From Raillietiella orientalis (taxonomy: Eukaryota), in assembly GCA_036172245.1 (NCBI GenBank), contig JAYWIR010000003.1, positions 372,001-436,000 of the forward strand: a DNA stretch of 64,000 nucleotides, written 5' to 3'. Shown in pieces: positions 48,200-60,544 of this stretch. Numbering within the stretch: position 1 is the stretch's first letter; every line of letters starts with the position of its first letter. The translations under genes and the position numbers were made by a program. The notes under the pieces are model-generated. The model was not told the DNA's origin. It was given only the letters and a program-made list of their open reading frames with translations, and searched no databases.

Positions 48200-48600
48200 C
48201 GATTTCTTGTGAGCTTAGGTACGTGTGTGCAAACGGATGTTACGAAGGTATGCATGAAATCATAGAGAAAAGAAGGCACTTTTAAAAGAATCATTGCATT
48301 CGCATAATGTAATGTACGGCAACACTGGGCGACCGCGGTGGTTTGCATTTCTGGTGCTTTGCGACTGTGGACACTGTCGTAGATTGCTACGTGCAAGATG
48401 GTGAGCTCACGTGTGTTGGAAAACAGCGCTGCGGTTACGGAAGCGTGCCGTATTAGGTGTAGCGGTACGATCTCTTTCCTGCGTTGAGGTCACGTAAATC
48501 ATGGAAATCTGCCCACCGGAAAGTTTGTGCTGGGAATTTCTGTGAATCGTACGGGCCTTGCGGGCACGTGGTTTTTGCATGTTGTTCATATCGGAATTTT
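48200..48600 (+). promoter_or_regulatory. CpG-rich promoter / first-exon region of SLC41
   Basis: Local CpG enrichment against CpG-poor downstream exons, strong donor ATG|GTGAG at 48400/48401, and CACGTG at 48408-48413. Confidence 0.5.
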
Positions 48601-48913
48601 GGCATTAAAACTGAGCTGCAATTGTAATCGGATGATTTAAATGAATTTTTCCTTTTAAATAGGTATGATCAGTACTCCCGAAAAATATTTAATGATTCGG
48701 GGCTTATGTGTTTCAAGGTTACAGTGTATTAGTGTAGTATGCCTATCTGCCTGCTTGCTATGATGAGTGTTTTTATTGTTGTACCCATAAAGAGAAGGCT
48801 GGTGTGGTGTAACACTAATTGAAAATGCTTGTTTAATGGGAAATAAAGTGGATAAAAATTGTACAAAGGCAGAGCCTTGAATGAATGAATAATGAATAAT
48901 TCATTCTAGAAAG

Positions 48914-51900
48914 ATGACAGGTGATAGCAGCAGTTCCTGTGAAGATGCTTTGCATATGCATTCAGCTTTCAAGAACAGAGAGACGAAAGTGTCGTCAAAA
49001 GTAAAAAAAAGAAACATATATGTAACCTAATGTTTTATATTCCAGTTGCATTGTAGCTTCTATATTGGATGAATAGCATTAGATTAACATGCATGTTTTA
49101 TTATTTTATTATCTTTTATGGTCAACTAATTTAAGTGTTAATAATACATTTTTTTTAAGACGAAATCATGGTTATCCAGTTCTAGTCTGCAAAACTTTGA
49201 TGACAGAAATATGGAATCAAGTGACAATGGTGTAGAATCAGAGAAAGCTGATGAAGAAATTCCTTTTTGTAATGACAAGAAAGAAGAGAGCTTTTTGCGT
49301 ATTCTTTCTCAGGTACTGCTTCCATTTTTGATAGCAGGTCTTGGAATGGTAATGGCAGGCTTGCTTTTGGATGTTGTCCAGGTTCTTAGTTGTTTGAAAG
49401 AAAGCTATGGATTCATGCCTTTGCAGCATTGGCCCGTGTTTGTAAATGTGTCCCAGATCTTTATCATGGTTCCAGCACTACTGGGATTGAAAGGGAATTT
49501 AGAAATGACATTAGCTTCCAGACTGTCAACTCTGTCAAACTTGGGAAAAATGGATGGACCTTCTAAATGGGAACTAATTTCTTATAATCTGTGTTTAGTG
49601 CAAGTATGCTTGCTGCAATAGCATATAAAGCTTTGTTGCTGATCAAAGTGTAGTGTCAGGCCATAGTTGTTGGTTTGTTGGCATCCCTGGCAGCGGTAGT
49701 CTTAAACTGGATGTACTCTGGAGAGCTTTCATGGAAGAATATAGTTCTACTTTGTGCCAGTGCCTTGATGACTGCATCTAGTACCAGTTTGCTTTTAGGT
49801 ACAATGACCTATAAGTGCTATCCGTAACATTTACATTTAGGTGTGATTGTGTCTATTGTGATAATTGTAGCAAGGCAGTTCAGCTTGAATCCAGATAATA
49901 TTGCTGCCCCCATAGCAGCAAGTCTGGGAGACCTCATTACTCTGTGCATGTTGATGGGAGTGTCTACCATCTTGTATCTTTTGTTAAATGATTATCCATG
50001 GGTGTCTCCCTTCATAATGGTTTTTTACATTGTGTCAATCCCTGTCTGGGTTTGTTTGTCCTTTCGCAATAAACTGACAGCACAAATATTGCGGACAGGA
50101 TGGCAACCAATTGTGATGGCCATGCTTATAAGCAGGTGAGTTCTAGGTACTGGATTCCTCTTAATGCTCATCATCAGTTTGGGTGGGTTTATTTTGGACT
50201 TGACAGTACTCAGATTCAAAGGTTTTGCGGTTTTTCAACCTGTTATTAATGGTGTTGGTGGAAATCTAGTGGCTATCCAGGCAAGTCGCCTCTCAACTGC
50301 CTTGCATCAAGAATCCAGGGCTGGTGTATTGCTTCCTCACAGGAAAATTTGGATTAATGCTTACCAGATGTTTTTTGAAAAAAGTGAGTATCTCAAGCGT
50401 GATGTGGAAAACATGTGTTACAATTCTTGCACTCTCTCCTCATACATTGTTTGTCATATTATTATGATGCTTTATGCCGTGTGAATTCTATTCATGTGTC
50501 CGCATTTCATAGAGTTACATATAACTTAATGCAAATCACAGGATTTTGTAATGATTGTATTAGGCATTGTGTGATTTCATTAAATACAAGAGTTGCAGCA
50601 TATTCAACATTGATTCATGTGCTCATCTGTTTTGACTTTTAATTTGAAAGAGGAAATACTGGGAATTAAGTAACACTAGGAGTATTTTGTAATTTTTAAA
50701 GGGGTTTATATATGCCAAACGTTGTCATTTTGAGTCGCTGAAGAAAAGCCAACAGAATTGTGTCCACTGAGGATGAAAATTTTAGTTGGTTTATGTCCTG
50801 AAATTAACTAATGTCAAGTGTGTAGCATCTGTGGAGGTTATGCATTTGAAAAAGTTTCTCTTGTTGTGGAACCTTGTGTATAGTTCCTAAATGCTAATTA
50901 CTTTTCAAGGGGTTTGTGATTTGCTCCAGTCTTGAGTTACTAGAGCCTTACTTCAGCTGCTTTAAATTATCTTGTCTACCACTTCCTGATACCTTGGAGG
51001 AAAACTAACATGTAATGGAGTAACCAAACTATATATTGAGAGTATGCACAAGGAAGATTATGATGTAAAGAGAAAATGGTTTGAGCATTTTTCAGATGAT
51101 TTATATCGCAACTGTGATTCTCTTTGTTTTGTCAGTAAAGGATATTAGATATGATGGGGTCAGCAATTTCACATGTGCCTCCTTTTCTTGAAAAGAAAGA
51201 TTAAATGTTTAAAAATCAAAGAAGCACAGGAGCCCATGAAATGGCGTGCAGATTTCAACAACTTGTGAAAAATCTTGAAGATCCTAGATGCAAATTAAGA
51301 CATGGTGGTTAACCACAGGGAAAATGTCGATATTTGCCCTGTTTGGGTTGAAAATAAAGATATTTAACCAGGAAGTCAACATTTTTGTGACAAACTGACA
51401 AATGGGATACTTTTATTAGGATATGTGCATTTGCATGCATCTGATGTGAATGGTCCAGGTGAAGTATCTACTGGACACAAAATTCCGTTTTTTTGCATAC
51501 AGAAATGGAATGCGTAACTGGTGGTTATCAACAACTAGAAGCCTGATTTGCATGTGGTGTAGAACATGTGATCTCTGCCATCTGCACTTGACCTATCTAC
51601 TGATATGAAAATTATGCCAACATACATTTTTCAGATTCTTTGGCTTTTATTCATGTCAGCAGATCATTTTGCATCTGTATTTTCTGTGCGAGTTTGGAAG
51701 TATTTGATGTTCATGTCACAGGATAGAGCAGTAAATTACAAGAAGTTGTATCCATTAGCCATAGCTGATTACCCTAGAAATCAACTCTAATATGAAACTA
51801 GTGCTGATGAGCATGCAGTTTGCGGTTAAATATTCCCATATCTTTCTTGGAAGCATGTGCATTGAAGCATCGTTTGTTTTTTTTCAAACAAGCTAATGCT

Positions 51901-52746
51901 TAAAACTGCTTATGTAAGAGGAGAACCGTGTGGTATATCCTGAAATGTCATACCATCGAATCTGTATTCTGAGTTATCGTTTTGGGTTTAAGCATTTTAA
52001 ATACAGCCCGTCTCGAAATTGTCTAACCCCTAATGTTTTCATATCGCCCCTTGTTTTTTCCTTTTTTTCCTGCCAGCAAGTTATGAATTATGAAAGCCTT
52101 CGAAATACTCAAGAAAAAGGGCTATGTTGATTGCAATTAAAATTTCTGATTCTTCGACCCTTGAAGAAAAAGAGAGGGGGGGGGGGAAATCGTCAAATTG
52201 TTTCCAGATGACTTGAAGATAAGAAACGTGTACACAATATTTTTCGGAATTGTTGTTTTAGAGTTCATGGTTGTTGGCCCTTAAAGCAAACGAATTTCGA
52301 TCATAGAATCAAGGGGCGTAATTTTTTTTTTTTTTGTTCTATTTAGCGAATGCTGCGTTTCATGTACATGCCATTATGCGCTACTGATTGTAATCATTCT
52401 AGCATCGGAAGCAAGGACGTGCCAAGTTCTTGTGTGTATCCTGATTCCCGGGCAGTTGGCATTTCTGCTTACGATACAGATCTTGCAAGCTGGCCACACG
52501 CCTTTTACACCTGCGTTTATCTTCGTTTATCTCCTGGCGGCCACATGTCAAGTTTTTATGCTTTTGTACATTTGCCACGTTATGGTTTTGTGTATGTGGA
52601 AGAGAACCATTGATCCAGATAATTCAGCCATCCCGTACCTCACCGCCATTGGAGATTTGCTGGGCACGGCCTTCCTGGCTGTCATGTTCCATCTTTTGTT
52701 TGCCTTTACCACGAATCATAACCTCACTTTCGTCGAATCTAGATAG
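48914..52746 (+). CDS. SLC41A: Solute carrier family 41 (MgtE-like Mg2+ transporter)
   Basis: Exons 48914-49000, 49160-49381, 49427-49603, 49654-49798, 49841-50135, 50178-50383, 52403-52746. Motifs [85 protein letters not shown]. Confidence 0.95.
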
Positions 52747-52878
52747 CGTTGTACATCCAGCCGAATTATGGAATGTATTTATTGGACCGTATATTTTTGA
52801 TTATATAGGAAAGATGGATTTATATTTGCCTATTTATTTCTCAAGTGTATTGCGTATTATTTATTGATCTCACATTTC

Positions 52879-52884
52879 AATAAA
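52879..52884 (+). promoter_or_regulatory. Candidate polyadenylation signal of SLC41
   Basis: AATAAA ~130 nt after the stop codon. Confidence 0.6.
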
Positions 52885-53499
52885 AACTTTGAAAAATCTT
52901 TTGAATCATTGCACGAATGTATTAGGGAACACTCATTTTGCAGAAGGCAGGAATTTCCATCCAGCTCATTGCAATGCGTCTCCCTGTAAGTACGTGACAA
53001 CAGGAACTTGGGTATGGAAAAGAAACACTTGACGGAAACTTGTTTAAGCGCAGATAAAAAAAATTCGGGATTCGTTCCTCAAGCCATCATCCGTGAGTAG
53101 CATATCCCTCAAAGAATGATGGCTCTGACATCAGGAAGGCGAATGCGGACAAACAGCATCTCAAGCCTAAGCGCAGTTTTTGATCCCCGGGGAATTTTTT
53201 GTTTCTGTTTTTATGGATTATGAAGCAGCCGCATGAACAAAAAAGCCAGGGCGCGAAATGTAGCTTCGTTCTTTTGACCCGGTCCTAAAAAAGAGAAAAC
53301 TTGAGCACAGATCAGGATTATGAATCCTTGGCACTACTGAAAGCAGAACAGCAAAGCATTCGGTTTCCCCTGGAAGCTCCACTGTGATAACCTGGAAGGA
53401 GGATTTTTTTTTTATCTGAGATAAGAAAGCAGAAGTAAAAGCGTAGAAATAAAAACCCTGAGGACAAAGCTTTGTTGACGGGAGGAGGCGCGCTGCAGT

Positions 53500-56400
53500 A
53501 TTTTGGCGCACCAATGAGCCGTAATTCGCAAGGATTTGTGTGATGCGAGGACCGTTGTTTGGAGCGTTATTTGTTACAGACTTTGCGGATTTTGTACCGT
53601 CAGAAACGTCGATGGTATTTGAAGTTTCTGACGTTGGTCTTCTGCTCGCTCGTGATCGTTCTGCAACCAGGCGAAGCGCCTCCGCGTCGGTCCAGAAAGC
53701 CTTGGTCCCAACTCATTGGCTTCATTGTTTCTGCCTGCCTTGCGAAAAGGGGAGGGCATGTCACATAACCGCCCGACCCTCAGAAACGAACTTGGATCGG
53801 ATCGTGTCCGCGGACGGATTTTCCGTTGTCTTGAACACCGTGTTTCAAAACACTGCACAGGGAGACCGGTGGCAGGAGCGGCGTCTTTCGATTCTGCAGC
53901 TTGGCATCGCCGTGTTTTCTCTTGGGACCGCTGCTGCTTTTTTTTCTTCGGCTTCGGTTTCCGTTCTACGCCGCACTCTCGTTGACGAACGACTTGTATT
54001 GGCCTGTAGCGCAGAAAGTTGCTTGCGACGCATGTTGCGACCACCGTCCTTGATGGGTGTTCGCAAGCATCAGGCTGAACCGACCCAACTCCACCATTCC
54101 TTTTATCCCTATTGATGACTTCCTAACGAATAAACACGGATCCGTCTCTGTCAGGGAGATTCTAGGTCTTCCAACAACATACGAAACCCGAAGAAGAATC
54201 CAGCTTTGGGGCACAAACTCCTCATCCAACAAGCAGGCTGCACTCCTCCTCCTTAATGCTGAAGGTGCCACCGTTGAGCAAATCCTGGGGCTGCCCATGA
54301 AGGCTCACCCTGCTCCAGTCTTCTAGAGGTCCGTGTCTTTGGAGCTTTCCATCATCCTGCTACACCTGTCCCAAGAGAGATGTGCTTCCTTGCCCGGGAG
54401 CACAAATGCCTCTCCGCGTTGTTGCAGAGCGCATGTTGCCACGGTAACACCGATCTCTCCAAGGCTGTAAAGCAGGTTTTGCGAGAATACGGTTCTTGCG
54501 CTCAGAGGCGGTGGGCCGAACGCAGGGCGGTGCGAAAGGAACAGACGCCTTCTTAAGGTATCCTTCAAGCGGCAGTGATTGAGGTGGCTGGGTGGCGATG
54601 GGTCCGCCACGAAGAAGCTTCAGTACGTGGACGACGCTGGTTGACTTATCTGGGTGCAAGTCGGATGCCCCCGTTGACTGGCCGGAATGGGAAGTTGACC
54701 TCCGGAGTCCTTTAGGAAAAGAACGAGCGTGAGGTGTGCCTCCACTTCAGCTGACCTCTCGGGAGATCAGTGGAGGATCCTTTTCAAAAGTGTTCCAAGA
54801 CTTTTCCAAGGCGAATGAGCAGCCAGTCGCTCATGGAGAGCTTTCGGTCCCGAAAGCATAGAAAAAGAGTGCACCTCTAAGAATCTGCAACGCCTTGTTT
54901 TCGCTACCTGATTTCTTGCAACTCTCAGGTTGAACTAATTGTCATAGCAAGAAAGAAAGGCATCCAAGTTTCTCTCTGTTTGCGGTAAGCAGGGAAGATT
55001 TTTTCCTTACTCCACAAGGTGTGAGTCCTCGTTGAAGTCATCCTGTGACACGCGCAGATCCGCCTGGAAACTGCACAGAAAGCAGGAATTTTCGAGAAAC
55101 TACGAGATTCTTTTTCACAGATGACGAGTTTGATCCAGCTCTGCAGGGATTCTTCCCCTTTTCTCCCGTGACTGAAAGAAAAAGGAAACTCCTCTTCCTT
55201 TTCCCCCAGCATCTTGGGATAATGTATTGGTCAGGGGAAAGCTTTAGTCATCTGGTGCTGATTCTAAAGAGAGGTTCAGCCAGCGTTGGCGGCCTTGTGC
55301 CTGCTGCGCCTGGCATGGAGGGTTCAAATCCCCTCCCCCCTCTCACTACCGTCAAGGATGGACTCCGAGAAATGGGGGGAGTGCGTCATGGGTTTCGAGT
55401 CCCTCCGCAGGACTACGCTGGTTGGCTGATTCGGGTGGAAGTCGGATGCCCCCGTTGACTGGACCGGATAGGAAGTTGATCCTCTGGAGTCTTTCGAGAA
55501 TCCAGGAGCGCCGGCTCCCTTCGAGGTTCCCCTCCGGTTGTGAAAATGGAGCCCTACCCCCTCAAGGGTGACCTTCCACTGTGTACCCCGGAGCTGGTTG
55601 ACACTTCCCCAGAGTGTCAAGAAACGCCCTGCTCCTTTCGGGGAAGCGTCCTTTAGAGAAGTTGGGAAGCTCCCCTTCAGGGTTCTCTTCAGAGGAGGAA
55701 AGCGAGGAGCGTACCCTTTCCAGGTTCCCATCGGAGACAACCGGCTGAAAGGAGAGATGAGGTTTCCTTCTCGGGCGCATGACCACCTTGGTGAAGAAGA
55801 ACTACTGGATGACCCGTTGCCCCGGCAACTCTAGCACGTGGCTAGAAGAGACAGTTGACACATGGGCGAAGTTGAACGAGCCGAGCTCCGGAGAATGCCA
55901 CCGCCTGCTACCCGGCATCAACACCCGCTGCTCGTATCGAAAGATCCTGGAATGTCCCAGCAGGAGCACATGAGCGGAGACGACCCCCCTGGCTGCAGGG
56001 ATGCTTTTTCTGAGGAGGGCACTTGGCAGCAACCTGTGGAATCTCTCCTGCGAGATCGCGGGCAGGCAGAAATTGCTGAGTGGCTGGACCATGGGAAAGC
56101 TGGCAGACGCCACGAACCCGAGTGCCCTTCGACGAGTATAACAGCGCTGGGGCGAGCTGCTGGACATTCATTCCAAAGACCTGAAGTGTCTTCCAGTGGC
56201 TCATGAACAGCACCATTCTTCCTCTGAAGGAGTCAGCACTTCTTCTGTTGCACTGGGCTCTTCCCTGCGACGCAAGTCAACACCACTGTACGCTGGAGAG
56301 AGAGTACCCAGTATGTCGCAGGTGCGGACGACGGGAATCCCTCCCGCACCTGCTCTTGGGCTGCGTTTCCCTCCGGCCCTCAGGGGAACTATGGGGGACG

Positions 56401-56870
56401 ACCCTGTGGATCCTGGTTGGCAACCCCGGGGACGTTTTACGGCTCCTCTTTGTGTGGGAAGCCCTGCAGCCAGCCGAAGCCCCAGCAGCGCTCTGCTGCA
56501 TCCGCGGGACTGCGGCCGCCTGGAGCGAAGCCGATAAAAGAAGAAACGAGAGGCATGCCGTCCAGTTCGCAGTCCACTTTCTGCAGAGGGCGGTCAGTTG
56601 TCTCCACCTGGGATCTATTCGGATGGACCTAGCTGGTACACTAGAACGGGAATCCTCCCTCCAGAGGGCTGTGATCCCTTCCCATCTCTCTCAAAGATTT
56701 TTATTTTTTTCTTTACACTTGCTTTTTTTTTTTTTTCTGCTTTCCCTTTGCTGTCGAGGGGATCCCCGCCGGTCTGCGTACCGACGACCCGGAAGGTCCA
56801 TAAACAAACTGACTGTGGTAGAACCACGTGTCCGACCACAATATTGGAGTTTACTTTAAATTTCAATAAA
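53500..56870 (+). mobile_element. Degenerate L1/Tx1-like element(s), 3' half with CCHC knuckle and 3' UTR
   Basis: HLGI and GGL remnants. CRRCGRRESLPHLLLGC (CxxC..E..H....C) in ORF 56203-56859. T-rich 3' UTR and AATAAA at 56865-56870. Internal duplicated segment 54630-54715 / 55410-55495. 5' boundary uncertain. Confidence 0.75.
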
Positions 56871-56999
56871 CGCTCCAGCATGTCCGGGTGGGAATCAGAG
56901 ACAATTTGGAAGAGCGATCCCTCCCAAGAGTCAGAGAGAAACGGACTTGTTCCTCCAAAGCCTTCCCGGATTAAGTAGGGCGCTCCCGACGGGGTTTCC

Positions 57000-59900
57000 C
57001 TCCAGCTGAGTTGCAGGCACCCTTGGGTGGCGTGGAAGAGATTTGTGAGCCCCCCCTTTAACGGCATCATCGAGTCGCTCCGATGCCCTCCTCAGGAAGG
57101 CGAACGATTTCTTCAGCACTTCTGGAGAACCAAAAAAAAAAAAAGGAACTAAAGGCGCAGTTCAAAGTGGAAGAGGGGGGCTTCCCTCCACACGGACGGT
57201 CAGAAAAAACCGATCCAAGAGTTTCTGCGGATACATGGGAACGTGTGCTCGAGGAAGAGTTGCGAAGGCTGAGCGTTTGTGCTATCCCAAAGTCCGTCTC
57301 TGCCGCCGGCGAGATGTGGCTCGATGGCCGTCGCAGCCCGGCTGCACGGTCGGGATGGAAGCAACCGCGCGGCTGCACACCTACAGGCCTGTCGCAGCTC
57401 CCTCCCTCCGGAACATCCTCACGATCCTCACGATCCTACCTCTCTAGCCTCCTCCTCCTCCCTTCCTTCTCTTCTTCCTTTCCTTCTCTTCCTCCTCCTC
57501 TCCCCTGCGCGCCGCCCGGAGCTCACGAGAGTCAACCCCTGTTCGAGTCGTGCCAGCAGCCCTGACTCTCGACCGGAAACCGGGAAGAGCGTCCTTTTCC
57601 CCTCCTTTTTCGAAACCCCTCGTGCGCTCTTCGCCCCTGTCGACCGTGAAAGCTTAGGCGCGAAAGGAGGTCAGCCATGCAGAGGAACCTCTCGCCGGAA
57701 GCGGACCATTCCAGCAACCGCCGCAGAGAAGGTCAAAGGTCGAGAGAGGACCCACGTGAGTGTCCTCCTTGGCGAAGAAGAGGGACATCTTCCTTTTCCC
57801 CCAACTCAGGAAGGTCTCTATTCTGTTCCCGGATGGCATCCGGGCTCTAGTCGTCTGCTGCTGTGCCCATTCCAGAAGACGCGCTTTGCGTTGATGAACA
57901 GGGGTTCGCACGGAATCGGGTTGCTTCGAGAGAAAGAGAGGGGACAGGGAGCACGGGAGAGTAATAAAGGTAGCGGAACCTTCCCCCTTTTCCTTGCAGG
58001 CAGCTAGACTTTGTCCTTGGGAAGGGTTGCATGAGCTCCTTCCAGGAAGGAGGGCGCAGGGCAAGGGTTTCTTCGGGGGGTCATCCACGCTTCTCGGTTT
58101 CAGAGGGAGGGGTTCGGGGATGGAGATAAGGAACGGACACCCTTCCTACATCTGGGATCCATGTCGGTGCCCTCAAGGGACGTGGCCGCCCCGAGGTCGC
58201 CTCTCACGCCTCGGAAAAGGTAAGGGGGTCGGCCCTCCTCTCCTTCCTTCCAGGCGGCGCTTACGGACGAAGAAGGGTCGAGGGGCCCTCCCAGGGGAAG
58301 CAGCCTCAAGGAAGGAGCTCCTGTTGGCCCTTTCATTATGGCGGCGAACGGGCGAGAGCGTGGGCAGGGGGCGAGAACCGGTTTCCCTCCCCAGTTCGCG
58401 TTTCTTCTCGGATGGAAACGATCTCCCGTCCCGCCAGACCTGGGGAGATGCGTTCTATCGGGAAGCCTCTGGGTAACAGAAGCCTAGTTCGGCCGCCTTC
58501 AAAAGATGGAGTTGGCGCTCGGTCCGTTCCAAAATGGCAGGTCTCACCTGCCGGAACGGGCGGCGGTATGGAACGCGTTCGCGACCCTCCTGCTTCGTCC
58601 CCGGCTTTTTCTTTGCCCCTTCCCTGCGACCATTCAAAAAAAGACCAAGGGCCTCCTCCGAAAAGCTATGTAGGGCAAAGGGAGGTTCCGAATCCGTTTA
58701 AAAGACCTCTGTGCTCCGCGTAGGGATGGTGGACTAGGCCTCCTTACGCTGAGAGCGACCAGTCTGCGGAATGGAGCGACAGCTCCAATTCCGCAGACTG
58801 GTCCTCGAGTCCATGCCATGGAATACGCCGTAGTGAACTCCGGTAAGAATTCTCACTAAACAGGCAATCGGACTGAACTCGGTCGTCGTGGCTACCGAAC
58901 GGAGTCTGGGACACCTTGGCCCCCAATCCCGAAACATGGTTGCCTTTGTGCAGAAAAACCTCGGATCTCCGTCCTCCCCGCGAACTCGACGGTCTAGCTG
59001 CAGGAGTCCGTTTTCGCTTGGGAAAAATCAACGGCACAGGCGAGATTCATGTGCCTTCGGAACAGCAGATACGCTCTCTAGCCGGTGAGGGAGATACTGG
59101 GGAACACCAGGTCTCGTAGGCCTCGTTCACCTCCTTCGCTCCAGTGATACCCTTCCTAAGGGGAGCAATGGACAGCCAACTGCCAGCAAGGTGGGAAGTG
59201 ATCTGCATGATAAGGACCAGGAAAAAAATCTGGGTGCGTAGACAACTCGGGAGATGGCGCACGCCACGACCCCGAGTGTCCCACCAAACGGACTGCTATG
59301 CTGGGGAGAGCTACTATTCCTCTGGAGGAGGTTCAGTGGGTCTTTTGGTTTGGAACAGCGCGACTTTCCCCTTGAAGTGGCAGGAGTCGGCGACCCTGCT
59401 GTTGCACTGGGACCTCCCGTGTAACTCCCGCCGACACCATTGGACCGGGGCAAGTATGAGCTTGAACTGTGGCAGGTGCAGCGAGAGAGTTCCTCCCGCA
59501 CCTGCTCATGCAGTGTGTTGCCCTGCCCCCCATGTGGGAACGCTTTGCTGTGTCCCTGAGGATCCTCGAGGGTAACCCCAGAGACGTTTTAAAGCGCCTC
59601 TTCCTGAGCGACTCCCTCTCGCCGGCCGCATCCTTAGCATCCCTTTGCTGCCTACGCGGGATCGTGGCTGCATGGACCTACGCAAGGGGAGGCCACGACG
59701 ACAAAGACGCCATCCATTTTGCTATCCTCTTCCTGAGGTTAGCGTCAAAAGATGATCCCATCTGGGAATCGTGAAACATGAACTTGCCGGCATCCTTACA
59801 AGGATGCAGAGGACACCCTCCAGCATGCGGTGACCCCTTCCCGAACCCCTTCCCCCCTTTTTTGACTGTATGCTTTTTGCTTCATTGTTTCTTTTTGTTT

Positions 59901-60000
59901 GTCTCCCCTTGCTCTGTGCATCCGAGGCGAACCTCGCCGGTGTGCGCGCCGGTTCTCGGCAAGTTCCTTCCGTATATTCATATAACGTGACAGGATTACG
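57000..60000 (+). mobile_element. Degenerate L1/Tx1-like element, RT to 3' UTR
   Basis: QPGCTVG, FA-DE and HLG remnants. NCGRCSER-EFLPHLLMQC knuckle and LEGNPRDVLKRLF are homologous to the 56.2-kb copy; the 3' UTR is similar to 56720-56800. Confidence 0.75.
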
Positions 60001-60544
60001 CATCCTGCCACTTCCCTGTATGCGAGAGAAGCAGAGCCTTACCCCGGGCCTCCACCTTGCTCCTCGATCCACGGATACGTCGCTCACGCGCCTTTGCACT
60101 TCCCCGGAGAGCGCAAGGTGCCCTTCAGCTTCTCTGGCAGGTGTCGATAGGCTCGGGAAGGTGAGGAACGAGGCAAGGGGTGACAAGGGCCGGAGGAAGA
60201 AGGGGGAAGGGACGCTGCCCACCAGAGCGCTCTCTCCACCGCTCCGGTTTTCCCCTCTCGTGGTCGCACCGCGCGGGAGAGGGAAGATTGCAGCACCCCC
60301 ATCCGCTCCCCGTCCTCCACCGACCCTCATGACCCCTATCCGAGTCTTTTAGAGAGAGGGGAAAGGAGAGCGGGAGGAGGAGAATGAAAAGGAGAGGACG
60401 ACGCTCGCATTCGCCGTTCCCGGGACTCACGTGTCCCTGTAGTCCTCTAGCAAAATTCCCTCCCTTCCCCCTTTCCCTCTTCTCACGTCCCCGACGCCTC
60501 CGAAGTCACCGGGGAATCGCGCGTGCGCACGCGGCCGGCTCCAA

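Noticed and set aside
55317..55336. tRNA T-arm-like GGAGGGTTCAAATCCCCTCC
   Set aside because: No acceptor stem, D-arm or anticodon arm could be built, and it lies within retroelement coding remnants.
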